This document shows, in pieces, positions 46,804 to 55,729 of a stretch of 58,819 nucleotides of DNA. The notes beneath the pieces are model-generated. The model saw only the letters and a list, made by a program, of their open reading frames with translations. It did not search any database and was not told the DNA's origin. This DNA is from a virus. Positions within the stretch are counted from its first letter, which is position 1, and the number at the start of each line of letters is the position of its first letter. The stretch lies in the UHGV virus genome UHGV-1363177. One strand, 5' to 3'. The position numbers and the translations under genes are program-made.

Positions 46804-47211
46804 CTATAGGGCCGGAAGCAAAGAAGTCAACCCCTTAAAGTTCAGATTGAAAGAACTCAGGGGAGCACCAAAGATGTAGCGGCTACAGAAGGATTTCAGG
46901 CATGTCACCATAGGAGCGACGACGTTGCCACCATCCATGAATGCGCTCTCGTAGGGATTGCTTACGAGGTTCAATGCACACCCGAGCGTGGAGCCCGGGG
47001 GGAGCCTTCGTGAGAGAGTTACCTTCGCCGCACCTCCGAAAAAACTTACCATCTCCTCACTGAGATGAGCCGTGATGTCGGCATATGTAATGTTCTTCCA
47101 GTTCCCCTTGCACTTCTCAAGGTCTTTCTTGATGCGACCACCGATGCGCTTGATGATGTTGATGACCCACTTGCCGAGATAAGCAATCTTGTTGTACAGC
47201 CACTTAAACAT
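46804..47211 (-). CDS. Hypothetical protein (135 aa)
   Basis: ORF. Confidence 0.45.
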   Translation of the reverse strand: MFKWLYNKIAYLGKWVINIIKRIGGRIKKDLEKCKGNWKNITYADITAHLSEEMVSFFGGAAKVTLSRRLPPGSTLGCALNLVSNPYESAFMDGGNVVAPMVTCLKSFCSRYIFGAPLSSFNLNFKGLTSLLPAL

Positions 47212-48346
47212 TGTACGTTACCTCCTTATTCTTTTTCTTTTGTTGCTTCAAGTTCCAGTCACAGCTTTTGCACAGGATTACGGCGGTTCCGTCAGGTCGC
47301 TCATACCTCACTCCATTGATTGTAGGTTTACGACACGAGTAGCAATACTGCACCAACTGCTGGCTACTAGCAGGTTTGATGCTAACTACCTGTGTCTTGT
47401 TGTACACATACAACATGTGATTGTCCCTGCCTTCAATGAGATGTTGTTTGTCTCTGAAGTACACGGACTTGCACTCCTTACACACGAGGCCATTGTTCGG
47501 TCCGTAAGTGAGGCCCCCACCACACTTGGGACAGGACAATGAAAGTTCAGAAAGCTGTTTGCGAATGTTAGCTTTACGGGTAGTGATACGTTCTTGCATC
47601 AATTTAACCTGTGCCTTGTACAGATTGATGACGTTCACATCCCCAATTGCTTTAATTTTTTTCTCACACACAGGGCAGAGATTCCCTTGGATGTGATAGA
47701 AATATTTCTGAGGACCACGTTTCTTTTCGCAGCAGGCACACTCACCTTGCTTCGTAGTCTCGGGAAGTTGGTACTCGATGTACCTCCAATCATGATACTT
47801 AGGAATGTACTGAATAAGAGAAAGAAGCATTTCCCAATCGTCTTCAGTGTCACCACCAAAGTTGAACGACACACAGGGAACATTGAGAGCGAGGCTAATC
47901 GTCTCAGCAGCACGACTAGCTTGCTTGTTTTCGTTAACTCCCCACTGAAAGAACCAGCTAAGGTAGTCGGTCAAATCAGTGGGGAGATTCTTGTGAAACG
48001 TAGCGTAATACCCCTGCGGGATGTTGGGATTCGCTATGCTCAACACTGCGTTAAACGATTCATCATAACCAGTAGCTTCGAGCCATTCAAGAAAGTTTTC
48101 CACGGACTTGGAATCATCCGTGTCAGTGAACAGAACAGGGCAGGGGACTTCACTTGCAATCGTATCCCGAATGAAAGCAAGAGTTCCAACAGTCATGTTA
48201 TTGACATTGACGTGCAGCAACACAGGGTTATATTGTGCACTTTCCTCAGGCCAGAACCAAACCTCGTGAGGAGACGCCTTGTACATAGAACCAAACGGAC
48301 CGTCCAGTTCACACATCTGTTCAAGATAGATATTCATACTTAGCAT
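47204..48346 (-). CDS. Hypothetical protein (380 aa) with three C-terminal CxxC...CxxC zinc ribbons
   Basis: CACCEKK...CPVCEKK, CPKCGGG...CKECKS, CYSCRK...CKSCDW. Confidence 0.55.
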   Translation of the reverse strand: MLSMNIYLEQMCELDGPFGSMYKASPHEVWFWPEESAQYNPVLLHVNVNNMTVGTLAFIRDTIASEVPCPVLFTDTDDSKSVENFLEWLEATGYDESFNAVLSIANPNIPQGYYATFHKNLPTDLTDYLSWFFQWGVNENKQASRAAETISLALNVPCVSFNFGGDTEDDWEMLLSLIQYIPKYHDWRYIEYQLPETTKQGECACCEKKRGPQKYFYHIQGNLCPVCEKKIKAIGDVNVINLYKAQVKLMQERITTRKANIRKQLSELSLSCPKCGGGLTYGPNNGLVCKECKSVYFRDKQHLIEGRDNHMLYVYNKTQVVSIKPASSQQLVQYCYSCRKPTINGVRYERPDGTAVILCKSCDWNLKQQKKKNKEVTYNV

Positions 48347-48381
48347 CTCCTCACAAGGTTATTCGTTACAGATTGGGTTGG

Positions 48382-48771
48382 TTAGTTGTTACCGCCGGTG
48401 AGCTGCTTCTGGGTGAACTCGGCCACGTTCTTCTTGGCGTCGTCAGTCATCTGGCCGAAGGCTTCCTTGACGATGAACTTCAGCGAGCTGTCATTCACCG
48501 TACCAGACTTCACATAGTTCACCACAGCACCGGGGTTCATGTCGATGGCAGGCTTGTCGTCAGGTTTCACACCGAAGAGGTGCTTCGACAGGAAACCGTG
48601 GGCCTTGCTGAGAATCAGGATACCACCGAGAGCAGCGACGCCGATGGAGAACATACCGGACAGGGTGCGGGGAGTCAAGTCATTGGGGCTCACGCCCATG
48701 CTGACGTTGATACCGGGGGCAGCTTTCTGCTGGTTGCCACCTTTCTGCTGGTTGTTATTGTTGTCGGCCAT
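48382..48771 (-). CDS. Membrane protein (129 aa), one TM segment, N/Q-rich N-terminus
   Basis: The second ATG has SD GGAGGT 7 nt upstream; LSGMFSIGVAALGGILILS hydrophobic helix; high-GC codons. Confidence 0.5.
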   Translation of the reverse strand: MADNNNNQQKGGNQQKAAPGINVSMGVSPNDLTPRTLSGMFSIGVAALGGILILSKAHGFLSKHLFGVKPDDKPAIDMNPGAVVNYVKSGTVNDSSLKFIVKEAFGQMTDDAKKNVAEFTQKQLTGGNN

Positions 48772-48796
48772 GATAGATACCTCCATAGGTTAAAGG

Positions 48797-49012
48797 TTAA
48801 TTTTGTTCGTTGTAAACTTCCCAGTCCTCAGCCATCATGCCATAGGCAGTAAGGTTTTTGTGAAGCACCTTCTCGAAAGGTGCAAACCTAAACACAAATT
48901 CGTAGCAACCAAACTGGTTTATGATGAGTTGCATGTAGTCCCCATCACACCAGCAGGCACGACGAACTTTCTTGCCTTCACGAAGGAAGGGTAAGATGTC
49001 TTCGAACTTCAT
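48797..49012 (-). CDS. Small hypothetical protein (71 aa)
   Basis: ORF. Confidence 0.4.
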   Translation of the reverse strand: MKFEDILPFLREGKKVRRACWCDGDYMQLIINQFGCYEFVFRFAPFEKVLHKNLTAYGMMAEDWEVYNEQN

Positions 49013-49200
49013 CGGAACAGCCAGAGAAAGAAGTTATAGACTTCATAACCAAGGGCTGCCAAACCAGCCATCGTGAGCAGTTGGTACATCACAATATATT
49101 TGGTTCGGTACTCCTCACGCCCCATCTCAAACATGGCGTAAGTCATAATTCCGGTAAAGCTCATGAGGCACAGTCGCCCTAAGCCAGCATAAAATTCCAT
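49009..49200 (-). CDS. Small membrane protein (63 aa, two TM segments), holin-like topology
   Basis: Hydrophobic segments LGRLCLMSFTGIMTYAMF and LLTMAGLAALGYEVYNFFLWLF. Confidence 0.4.
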   Translation of the reverse strand: MEFYAGLGRLCLMSFTGIMTYAMFEMGREEYRTKYIVMYQLLTMAGLAALGYEVYNFFLWLFR

Positions 49201-49261
49201 AGTGACCTCCAGTAGAGAGGGGCCTCACCCCTCAAGGAAGTAAGGCCCCTAGTGTTGAAGG

Positions 49262-49504
49262 TTACTTGGACTGGTCGTCATCAGGCTTGCTGCTCTTCTT
49301 ACGAAGAGCCAGCACACTGACGATACCCAGAGCGGCACCCACACCGGCAACGGCTTTGGGATTGGCCTTGGCCCAGTCGATGGCCTTGGTGGCCTTGTCC
49401 TTCATCCAGTCCACGATGACGTGCAGCTTGGGGTTGGGGCATTCGATGGTTTCGGACATGACTTCAGCTTCCTTCACTTCGACTTCCTTCTTGACATCAG
49501 ACAT
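49262..49504 (-). CDS. Small protein (80 aa) with a C-terminal TM anchor
   Basis: ATG at 49504 preceded by AAGGAG; C-terminal AVAGVGAALGIVSVLAL plus a basic tail. Confidence 0.45.
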   Translation of the reverse strand: MSDVKKEVEVKEAEVMSETIECPNPKLHVIVDWMKDKATKAIDWAKANPKAVAGVGAALGIVSVLALRKKSSKPDDDQSK

Positions 49505-49848
49505 GGTGTTCTCCTTTTCATTGTTGTTGATGGTGGTGTTAACAGCGTGACCTTCCAACTGGGCCATAAAAGAATCGGGAGTAGCAGGGAATCCGAGGAC
49601 ATCCTCTTCAATCACCACACTACAAATTCCTGTTTTTACAGGCACATGAAGTAACCTCCCGTTGAAGTTGACAAAGAAATTTGTATAAGATGTCGCCACC
49701 CGTTCGCAAGCACAAGGCTCTAGGAAAGGAGTCTTAGAACTGGCTGCACACATCCGGGCGTCCCACGGCAGGCGCTCAAGATAGACTCACTGTTTCTCCA
49801 ATGAACCCAGACGTGCTTGCTACTAGGGCGACGAACTTTGTTAGAAAG

Positions 49849-50145
49849 TTAGTTTACTTTGAAACCCAGCTTGATGTACACACACAAAGCAATGACCTTA
49901 GCCTTGTGCTTCAACCTTTCCTTGAGAGTCATACCCTCAGTAGGCTGGGCAGCAAGCCATGTGTGAACGTACCACGGATTAACTTTGTACAAGGCACGGG
50001 AGAAGGGGTTGTTTTCGATGGCTTTCTTTACCTGTCTCATGCAAGCAATGAAAGCGCACCCAACACACAAACCGATTCCGGTACCGATAAAAGCAGAGCT
50101 CAGTGTCTCCATCGAAACACCTCCTTGAAATTTTGTACTTAACAT
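49849..50145 (-). CDS. Small membrane protein (98 aa, two TM segments)
   Basis: Hydrophobic segments AFIGTGIGLCVGCAFIAC and a second helix near the C-terminus. Confidence 0.45.
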   Translation of the reverse strand: MLSTKFQGGVSMETLSSAFIGTGIGLCVGCAFIACMRQVKKAIENNPFSRALYKVNPWYVHTWLAAQPTEGMTLKERLKHKAKVIALCVYIKLGFKVN

Positions 50146-50879
50146 AGCTTCATGAAAGTTTTGCGAATCACATCATTTATTATGGTGGTTCTTCAACATC
50201 TGCACTAGCCTTCCACATGTTGTCCTCCCTAAACATTGATTGTAAAACCTTCAAGACTAAGATATAGGAGTCCTTCAAGTACCTTCCTTTGCATTCACTA
50301 GCATCCAGTACTTGGCTCATCTTGCTTGTCAGTTTTAATTTCGTACCCATTACTTTACTTGAAGCTCTTCCACCGAAGGAAGCAATCACTTCAGGAGTCT
50401 CACCTTTGGTACTTGCTTGTAATGTGCTATGTTGTTGCCAGTGTTTCGCAGATTTCACAGATACTTCACACAGTATTTTTCAAAGGTCTGGCATTTGAAG
50501 CCCCTTGCCAATCAGCTATATTGGGGGACTGAAAGGTCGGACAACTAGGATGTCACACTCTAGCGTAAGTGTGTCCCTGCACTTGGCATTCCATGATTTA
50601 TTTCATTCATGTCAGTTGTCACGTGCTTCTTACCTTTGAATTTTTCGACAGTGTTCAGCCTATGTCGTAGCCCTGACCAGCTTACTAGGTGTCTTCTGTG
50701 TTCATCGTAAGTTACTTTCCACTTGCACAGTTACAAGTATCCCTCTTGCCGTTAGAAGATGGTAGCATTTCCAACCTACCGTAGACTCGTGTCCCACCGA
50801 ACTCAGTCGGACATACAAGCATCTTCCTTCGTGGGCAGGAAGTAAACATACCTCCTGCCCAATTGGAAGTTACTTGTTG

Positions 50880-51641
50880 TTACTTGCGCTTGCCCTTGTT
50901 GTACCCGTTGTTACGGGCAGGGAACAGGGGAGGCGGAGTCACCTTGGCTTTCTTGGCCTGCTGTTCCTTCAGCTTGTCCAGCTCGGACAGGTCAGCGTCT
51001 TCACTGTCAAGCAGCATGGCAGGATTGATGCCTTCCTTCTTGATGGCACCGAGCATCCAGTTCAGACCCATGCGAACCTTGTTGTCGATGTCCAACGCAC
51101 GGATACCTTCCTGCGTGGCCATGCGGATAAGGATACGGGACAGAACGATGCACAGCTTGGCGCTGGTCTCGTCGTCTTGTTCCTTGAACCGTTCAGCCTG
51201 CATGTGCAGGAAGGCGCTGGTCGGGAAGGACACCACGGCGAGGGTGACCAGACGGCCAGTGTTGGTGAAGAAGAAGTAGTTGACCAGTTTGCTGCTGTCC
51301 TTGTACGGACCGAAGAAGTTTTCACACAGCAGCCAGAACTGGTCTTTCAGGATACCAGCCAGCCGGTCTTCAGCTTCCTGAATGCCCACGTTCTTCACAG
51401 TGTTGCCGAAGTTTCGCATGGCCGGGCTTTCCACAGCAGCCATCACAGTGCTTTTCATACCGGAACTGGCGGAGTACATAAACCCTTTCACCTTTTCCAT
51501 GAAAGAGGGAACGGGGACCTGCTCTTCTTCGGCCATCCTTTTAAGGTCTTCCTCCATTTTGGCACGGAGGCTGGGGTCCAGGTTGTCCATCGTGATGGTT
51601 TCAGGGTCGATGACGTTGGGGTTGACTTGGGTTTCCGACAT
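50880..51641 (-). CDS. Hypothetical early protein (253 aa)
   Basis: ORF in the GC-rich block; strong periodicity and host-like codons. Confidence 0.6.
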   Translation of the reverse strand: MSETQVNPNVIDPETITMDNLDPSLRAKMEEDLKRMAEEEQVPVPSFMEKVKGFMYSASSGMKSTVMAAVESPAMRNFGNTVKNVGIQEAEDRLAGILKDQFWLLCENFFGPYKDSSKLVNYFFFTNTGRLVTLAVVSFPTSAFLHMQAERFKEQDDETSAKLCIVLSRILIRMATQEGIRALDIDNKVRMGLNWMLGAIKKEGINPAMLLDSEDADLSELDKLKEQQAKKAKVTPPPLFPARNNGYNKGKRK

Positions 51642-51655
51642 GTGTGTTACCTCCT

Positions 51656-51910
51656 TTACTTGGTGGTGTTGGTGGTGTCAGCAAAGTAGAACTTGTCAGC
51701 CACCACAATACGAACTTCAACCTTGTCCGCATTGATGATGAACTTACCGTCCTTAGCCAGTATCCTCATCATGGAAGAGAGGGCTTTCGCCCCCTCCTCC
51801 CTGTAGTTGTTGGTGCTATTGGAAGTGTTTCTGTTGGTCATACCCTTTGCCTGCTTGGTTTGTTGTTGACGCTTGTACTTGCCTTTACTCTGTCGAAGGG
51901 ATGCCACCAT
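51656..51910 (-). CDS. Hypothetical basic small protein (84 aa)
   Basis: ORF. Confidence 0.45.
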   Translation of the reverse strand: MVASLRQSKGKYKRQQQTKQAKGMTNRNTSNSTNNYREEGAKALSSMMRILAKDGKFIINADKVEVRIVVADKFYFADTTNTTK

Positions 51911-51916
51911 GATTAG

Positions 51917-53599
51917 CTACTTGGTGCGGCGAGCGGCAGCCTTCTTGGCCTTGCGGCTCTGCTTGCGGTTCATGGTGGTGGTGTTGGTGGTCATGGTCTT
52001 AGCATTTTCGGTAGCGCTTTCCTGAACTTCGGACTCTTCAGCCTTGACTTCTTCAGCCTTGGGTTCTTCCACCTTGGCTTCAGGTTCGGTATTCAGCTTA
52101 CCGTTGGGGTCGAGAGCGTTCACCTTGTCTTCCAGTTCGATAGCCTTGGCTTCGCAGGACTGGACATTGAAGCGGGCCTTTTCAATCTGCTCGTCCACGA
52201 GCTTGGCCGCAGTGGGATTGTTGTCCAGAGTCTTGCGGCTTTCTTCCAGCTCAGCCAGCGCACGCTTGCTTTCTTCCACGGCCTTGTCGTTTTCCACCCA
52301 TTCATCCACGGCCTTATTGTAGTCGGTGTACTTCTTGACCACAGCTTCATGGTTGTTCTTCAGTTCCTCACGGCAAGCACCGCAGATGCTGGACTGCGCC
52401 CACTTGATGGACTCTTCGAAAAGGTCTTTGTTGGTACCGTCAGGAATCTTGGGCATACCGTAGGTGCCGAGGCCATTCTTTTTCAGGCCCGTCTTGCCGC
52501 AGCGGAAGCACTTGTAGTTACCGGGAGCCAACATGCACTGGTCTTTGGTAATGGGGAAAGACGGCATGGCAGGTTCGGTTTTGGTTTCTTCGGCTTTGGT
52601 TTCAGCTTTGGCTTCGACCTTCGGTTCTTCGGTCTTGGTCTCGGCAGCAAGGGCTTCGGTCTTGGTATCATTGGTAACGGTACCTTCAGGCACAGTCACC
52701 GTGGCACCGGCAGCAGCCTGACTGTTGTAGCGGGGGCTGTTGCACACAGGGCCGGAGTAACCATCGTAGTGCACGGTGTAGTTACCCTGATACACGGAAC
52801 CAGTGTGCGGAGTGCTGTTGATGTCTTTCATCATCAGAGTCGGAGGAATCATCTGGTCGAGCACATTGGTCAGACGAGTGTGCAGTTCCATACGGTCAAC
52901 AACCACGGGACGATTGTTGATACGACCACGACGCTTGTTGTGCAGGATGGTCGGGTTGATGTCCTTGGCATCGCAGTACATGGTCAACGGCCACGACATG
53001 GGACGGTCAAGCATGGTCCAACCATCGGGCTGGGGCGGGAAGGTATCGCCGAGGGCCTTGCTCAGCACGGGCTCAGCGGCACGGCTGAACACCTGAATGT
53101 CTTCCTTTTCCTTCTTGCCCGTGGCGTCGTTGAGGACGTTGATGTTGATGGTCATGACGTTCGCTTCATTGCCCTGCGTGTTGAAGCGATAGTAGCATTC
53201 ACGTTCCTTGGCCGAAACTTCGGCGTAGTAGTCAGCCACGGTGCGAAGAATGGTGTCTTCATCCGTGACGTTATACAGAGCGCCACCTTCTTTCATCATC
53301 CTCTGGATTTCATACGAGTTGAACAGTTCCTTGGCCTCGTCGAGCAGGCTGGCCATGGCACCCCGGATGGTAGCACGGGCCAGAGCGGTGGGCACGGCCT
53401 TGCCTTCCGAATCGAAGACACACATCAGCATACCCATGCCGATGATGGTGGAGTATTTTTCGATTTTGGTTTCAGGCAGGCGGTCCACGATGTTGGCGAT
53501 GACCGACTGGGACACGGCGCGTTCAGTGGTGGACGTGGCGGTGTCGGTGATGAGGGCGCGGAACTCGGGATTCATAATGGCAGAGATGATACCGGACAT
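51917..53599 (-). CDS. Hypothetical early protein (560 aa) with an E/K/T-rich linker, a CxxC...CxxC motif and a basic C-terminal tail
   Basis: Long ORF, high coding potential; CFRCGKTG...CGACRE motif; low-complexity ETKTEEPKVEAKAETKAEETK linker. Confidence 0.65.
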   Translation of the reverse strand: MSGIISAIMNPEFRALITDTATSTTERAVSQSVIANIVDRLPETKIEKYSTIIGMGMLMCVFDSEGKAVPTALARATIRGAMASLLDEAKELFNSYEIQRMMKEGGALYNVTDEDTILRTVADYYAEVSAKERECYYRFNTQGNEANVMTININVLNDATGKKEKEDIQVFSRAAEPVLSKALGDTFPPQPDGWTMLDRPMSWPLTMYCDAKDINPTILHNKRRGRINNRPVVVDRMELHTRLTNVLDQMIPPTLMMKDINSTPHTGSVYQGNYTVHYDGYSGPVCNSPRYNSQAAAGATVTVPEGTVTNDTKTEALAAETKTEEPKVEAKAETKAEETKTEPAMPSFPITKDQCMLAPGNYKCFRCGKTGLKKNGLGTYGMPKIPDGTNKDLFEESIKWAQSSICGACREELKNNHEAVVKKYTDYNKAVDEWVENDKAVEESKRALAELEESRKTLDNNPTAAKLVDEQIEKARFNVQSCEAKAIELEDKVNALDPNGKLNTEPEAKVEEPKAEEVKAEESEVQESATENAKTMTTNTTTMNRKQSRKAKKAAARRTK

Positions 53600-53664
53600 G
53601 ATGTGTTCTCCTTTTGTAATGTGTGTTTTGTTTGTTGGTTAACTAGTGGTGGTTATTGTATTGC

Positions 53665-53892
53665 CTAGTTCATCATGTAGATGTCGTCTTCCGGGTCAGC
53701 AGGGACCGGGAGTTCAGGCATCTGCTGCTTCAGTTTGAGAGCACGGCGCTGACCGCAGGCTTTGGCCGCAGCAATGGCAGCTTTGCGGGTAGCGTACACC
53801 ACAGTGCCAGTGGTGCCCTGTTCATTGAAGCGAGGGTTGCGTCCTTCCTTGGTGACCACGCCGTACTCGGTGAAACGAAAAGTCTTTCCCAT
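53665..53892 (-). CDS. Small hypothetical protein (75 aa)
   Basis: ORF. Confidence 0.45.
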   Translation of the reverse strand: MGKTFRFTEYGVVTKEGRNPRFNEQGTTGTVVYATRKAAIAAAKACGQRRALKLKQQMPELPVPADPEDDIYMMN

Positions 53893-53903
53893 GATAAACT
53901 CCT

Positions 53904-54131
53904 TTAGATGAGTTGGTAGCTGTGCTTGTACACGATTTCGTTATTCTTGTAGAGAGTGGCTTGAAGGAACGCTTCTTTGATAAACAAGCGTTCCTTTTGC
54001 ACATCTTGCATCATTTTTGCTTCAACCCTACAAGCAGACGAAAAGTTAGAAACTTTTACAGTGGTACAGGTGACCTCTTCGCTATGCTCACTGTACCTAT
54101 GTAGCCTCAGACGCAATATCCACCTATCCAT
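53904..54131 (-). CDS. Small hypothetical protein (75 aa)
   Basis: ORF. Confidence 0.35.
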   Translation of the reverse strand: MDRWILRLRLHRYSEHSEEVTCTTVKVSNFSSACRVEAKMMQDVQKERLFIKEAFLQATLYKNNEIVYKHSYQLI

Positions 54132-54360
54132 ACCAGACCTCCCTCGTCCAGTTGGTATTAGGTGTACGAGTCCACATGGTATGGGTTTCGTGGTCTCGTA
54201 GGTAAACCTTGTACCCTTTCAGTTGCCGAAGCGCAATAGTAGCTCGCGCTTTTGCCTGAGGCAGAGAACAGGAATAATATTTATTGATTTTCCATCTGCC
54301 TACCAATACTTGCACGTGAAAGTTTCCCAACACAGCTTCATTGAAACTTCGTCTTGTCAT
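54124..54360 (-). CDS. Small basic hypothetical protein (78 aa)
   Basis: ORF, overlapping start/stop coupling. Confidence 0.4.
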   Translation of the reverse strand: MTRRSFNEAVLGNFHVQVLVGRWKINKYYSCSLPQAKARATIALRQLKGYKVYLRDHETHTMWTRTPNTNWTREVWYG

Positions 54361-54623
54361 TCAGTACAATCCTTGTGCCAGCAGGCGCTCAGATAGTGAG
54401 TACCATCCGTATAGAAGATAACCCTACGGTACACACGACCGTTGTAGATGACACGAATCATCGAGATGTTATACTTCAGCCCGTGTCGAATGGCCCTCTT
54501 CTTAAGGGCGTCCAAGGTAATGTGCTCTCGCACCACCCTACGAAGGAAGACTTTCTCTTCCCCGGTCTCGGCATCAGGACGTATCAGTTCGATAATCTGT
54601 TGCAGCATGACTACACCTCGCAC
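54357..54623 (-). CDS. Small hypothetical protein (88 aa)
   Basis: ORF, ATGA coupling. Confidence 0.45.
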   Translation of the reverse strand: MRGVVMLQQIIELIRPDAETGEEKVFLRRVVREHITLDALKKRAIRHGLKYNISMIRVIYNGRVYRRVIFYTDGTHYLSACWHKDCTE

Positions 54624-54880
54624 TTGCCGGGAAAGTCTCCGGTGAATTTATTTGCCGGAACTCTCTCCCACTTTGGGGCAGACATAACAGACCTGCCACC
54701 CGGTTTAAAGTACACGTACCCATCCCACTCAATGATGGCTGAGTACAGACCCAGCCGTTTCATCTTGCGGGTAGCCATAGACTTGAGGTAGTCTACCCTG
54801 TCCACAGCATTGCAGGCACGGTACTGAGCCTTACCTTGTTTGTCGAACAGGGTGATATATCCCAGCTTAGGTTCAGACAT
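54611..54880 (-). CDS. Small hypothetical protein (89 aa)
   Basis: ORF. Confidence 0.45.
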   Translation of the reverse strand: MSEPKLGYITLFDKQGKAQYRACNAVDRVDYLKSMATRKMKRLGLYSAIIEWDGYVYFKPGGRSVMSAPKWERVPANKFTGDFPGKCEV

Positions 54881-54892
54881 GACAGCTATCCT

Positions 54893-55111
54893 TTATACCA
54901 AGCCGCAAACATAGCCATCGCTATCATCCCAAGCGGGATACAGACTAGGGCTAGCAACACGTCGATAACCGAATCCTTCATGGTAAATCGGGTACCTTTC
55001 ATCGTAGGTATCCTCCTGTTCGAAAGAAAAGTTTCTGGACAACAGTTCCTCAGCCTCATCAATGGGCACCATGCTCATAAGAGCAATGAGTGCCATGTCT
55101 CGTTTGTTCAT
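54893..55111 (-). CDS. Small acidic protein (72 aa), candidate DNA-mimic/anti-restriction-type early protein
   Basis: D/E-rich with aromatic residues (DEAEELL...EQEDTYDERY...AWDDSDGY); early-block position. Functional guess only. Confidence 0.35.
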   Translation of the reverse strand: MNKRDMALIALMSMVPIDEAEELLSRNFSFEQEDTYDERYPIYHEGFGYRRVASPSLYPAWDDSDGYVCGLV

Positions 55112-55239
55112 AGTGTGTGTGCCTTACCTTCATGCAAGCTTCGATTGTTCTGAGAGTTTCTTTGATTCGATGACCACGCCACATGTACTTGGGACAGATG
55201 ATTGTGTATAACCTTGCCCCTAAAGTGAGACCCAGAAGA

Positions 55240-55422
55240 CTAGCCATCAATGTCATCCCGTTTGTTAGTGAAGCCGACCTTGACACCGATGTGCTTGAGA
55301 CCGTGCTCGGCAAGCGTAGCCACAGCATCAGCCACATCAATGGCTTCTGGGAGGTCTACAAGATTTCCCCAGTAGCGAGTGTCCCCAATCTCAACGTACA
55401 CCCACATCTTACCGTCATTCAT
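55240..55422 (-). CDS. Small acidic protein (60 aa)
   Basis: ORF preceded by SD ACGGAGG. Confidence 0.4.
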   Translation of the reverse strand: MNDGKMWVYVEIGDTRYWGNLVDLPEAIDVADAVATLAEHGLKHIGVKVGFTNKRDDIDG

Positions 55423-55439
55423 TGGTATTGAACCTCCGT

Positions 55440-55507
55440 TAAATTCAAGAGACCTACAAGGGCCACCACCTCAGAAGAAGTGACGGCCCCTATGATGTCT
55501 TGAAAGT
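55440..55507. repeat. Structured intercistronic repeat R1 (hairpin GGGCC...GGCCC plus conserved box TATGATGTCTTGAAAGT)
   Basis: About 75% identical to R2 at 55666-55729, with compensatory changes that keep the stem. Confidence 0.6.
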
Positions 55508-55648
55508 TTATGCGTGGCGTTCTTCACACCAGTGATTGTAGTCAAGGACTTCCTGCATCCTGACAAAGAACCACGCCGGGTAATCCTGCCAGTTATCACC
55601 ATTGCCAAGTTTATGCATGAATCTGCGAGCAACACGAAGTCTCCACAT
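55508..55648 (-). CDS. Small hypothetical protein (46 aa), not in the supplied ORF list
   Basis: ATG at 55648 with SD GGAGGTG 6 nt upstream; fills the space between repeats R1 and R2. Confidence 0.4.
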   Translation of the reverse strand: MWRLRVARRFMHKLGNGDNWQDYPAWFFVRMQEVLDYNHWCEERHA

Positions 55649-55665
55649 GTTACACCTCCAGTGTA

Positions 55666-55729
55666 ATTTCAAGAATCAATGAGGCCCACCACCTCCATGA
55701 AGTGATGGGCCTTATGATGCTTGAAGTGA
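55666..55729. repeat. Structured intercistronic repeat R2 (hairpin AGGCCCA...TGGGCCT plus box TATGATGCTTGAAGTG)
   Basis: Paralogue of R1; lies between the stop of 55730..56425 and the SD of the 46-aa ORF. Confidence 0.6.

Noticed and set aside
50874-53668. Long plus-strand ORFs 50874..51689 (271 aa) and 52349..53668 (439 aa) in the GC-rich block
   Set aside because: They lie antisense to the better-supported minus-strand genes 50880..51641 and 51917..53599. Long antisense frames are expected by chance in high-GC coding DNA, and their translations are G/V/H/R-rich and not protein-like.
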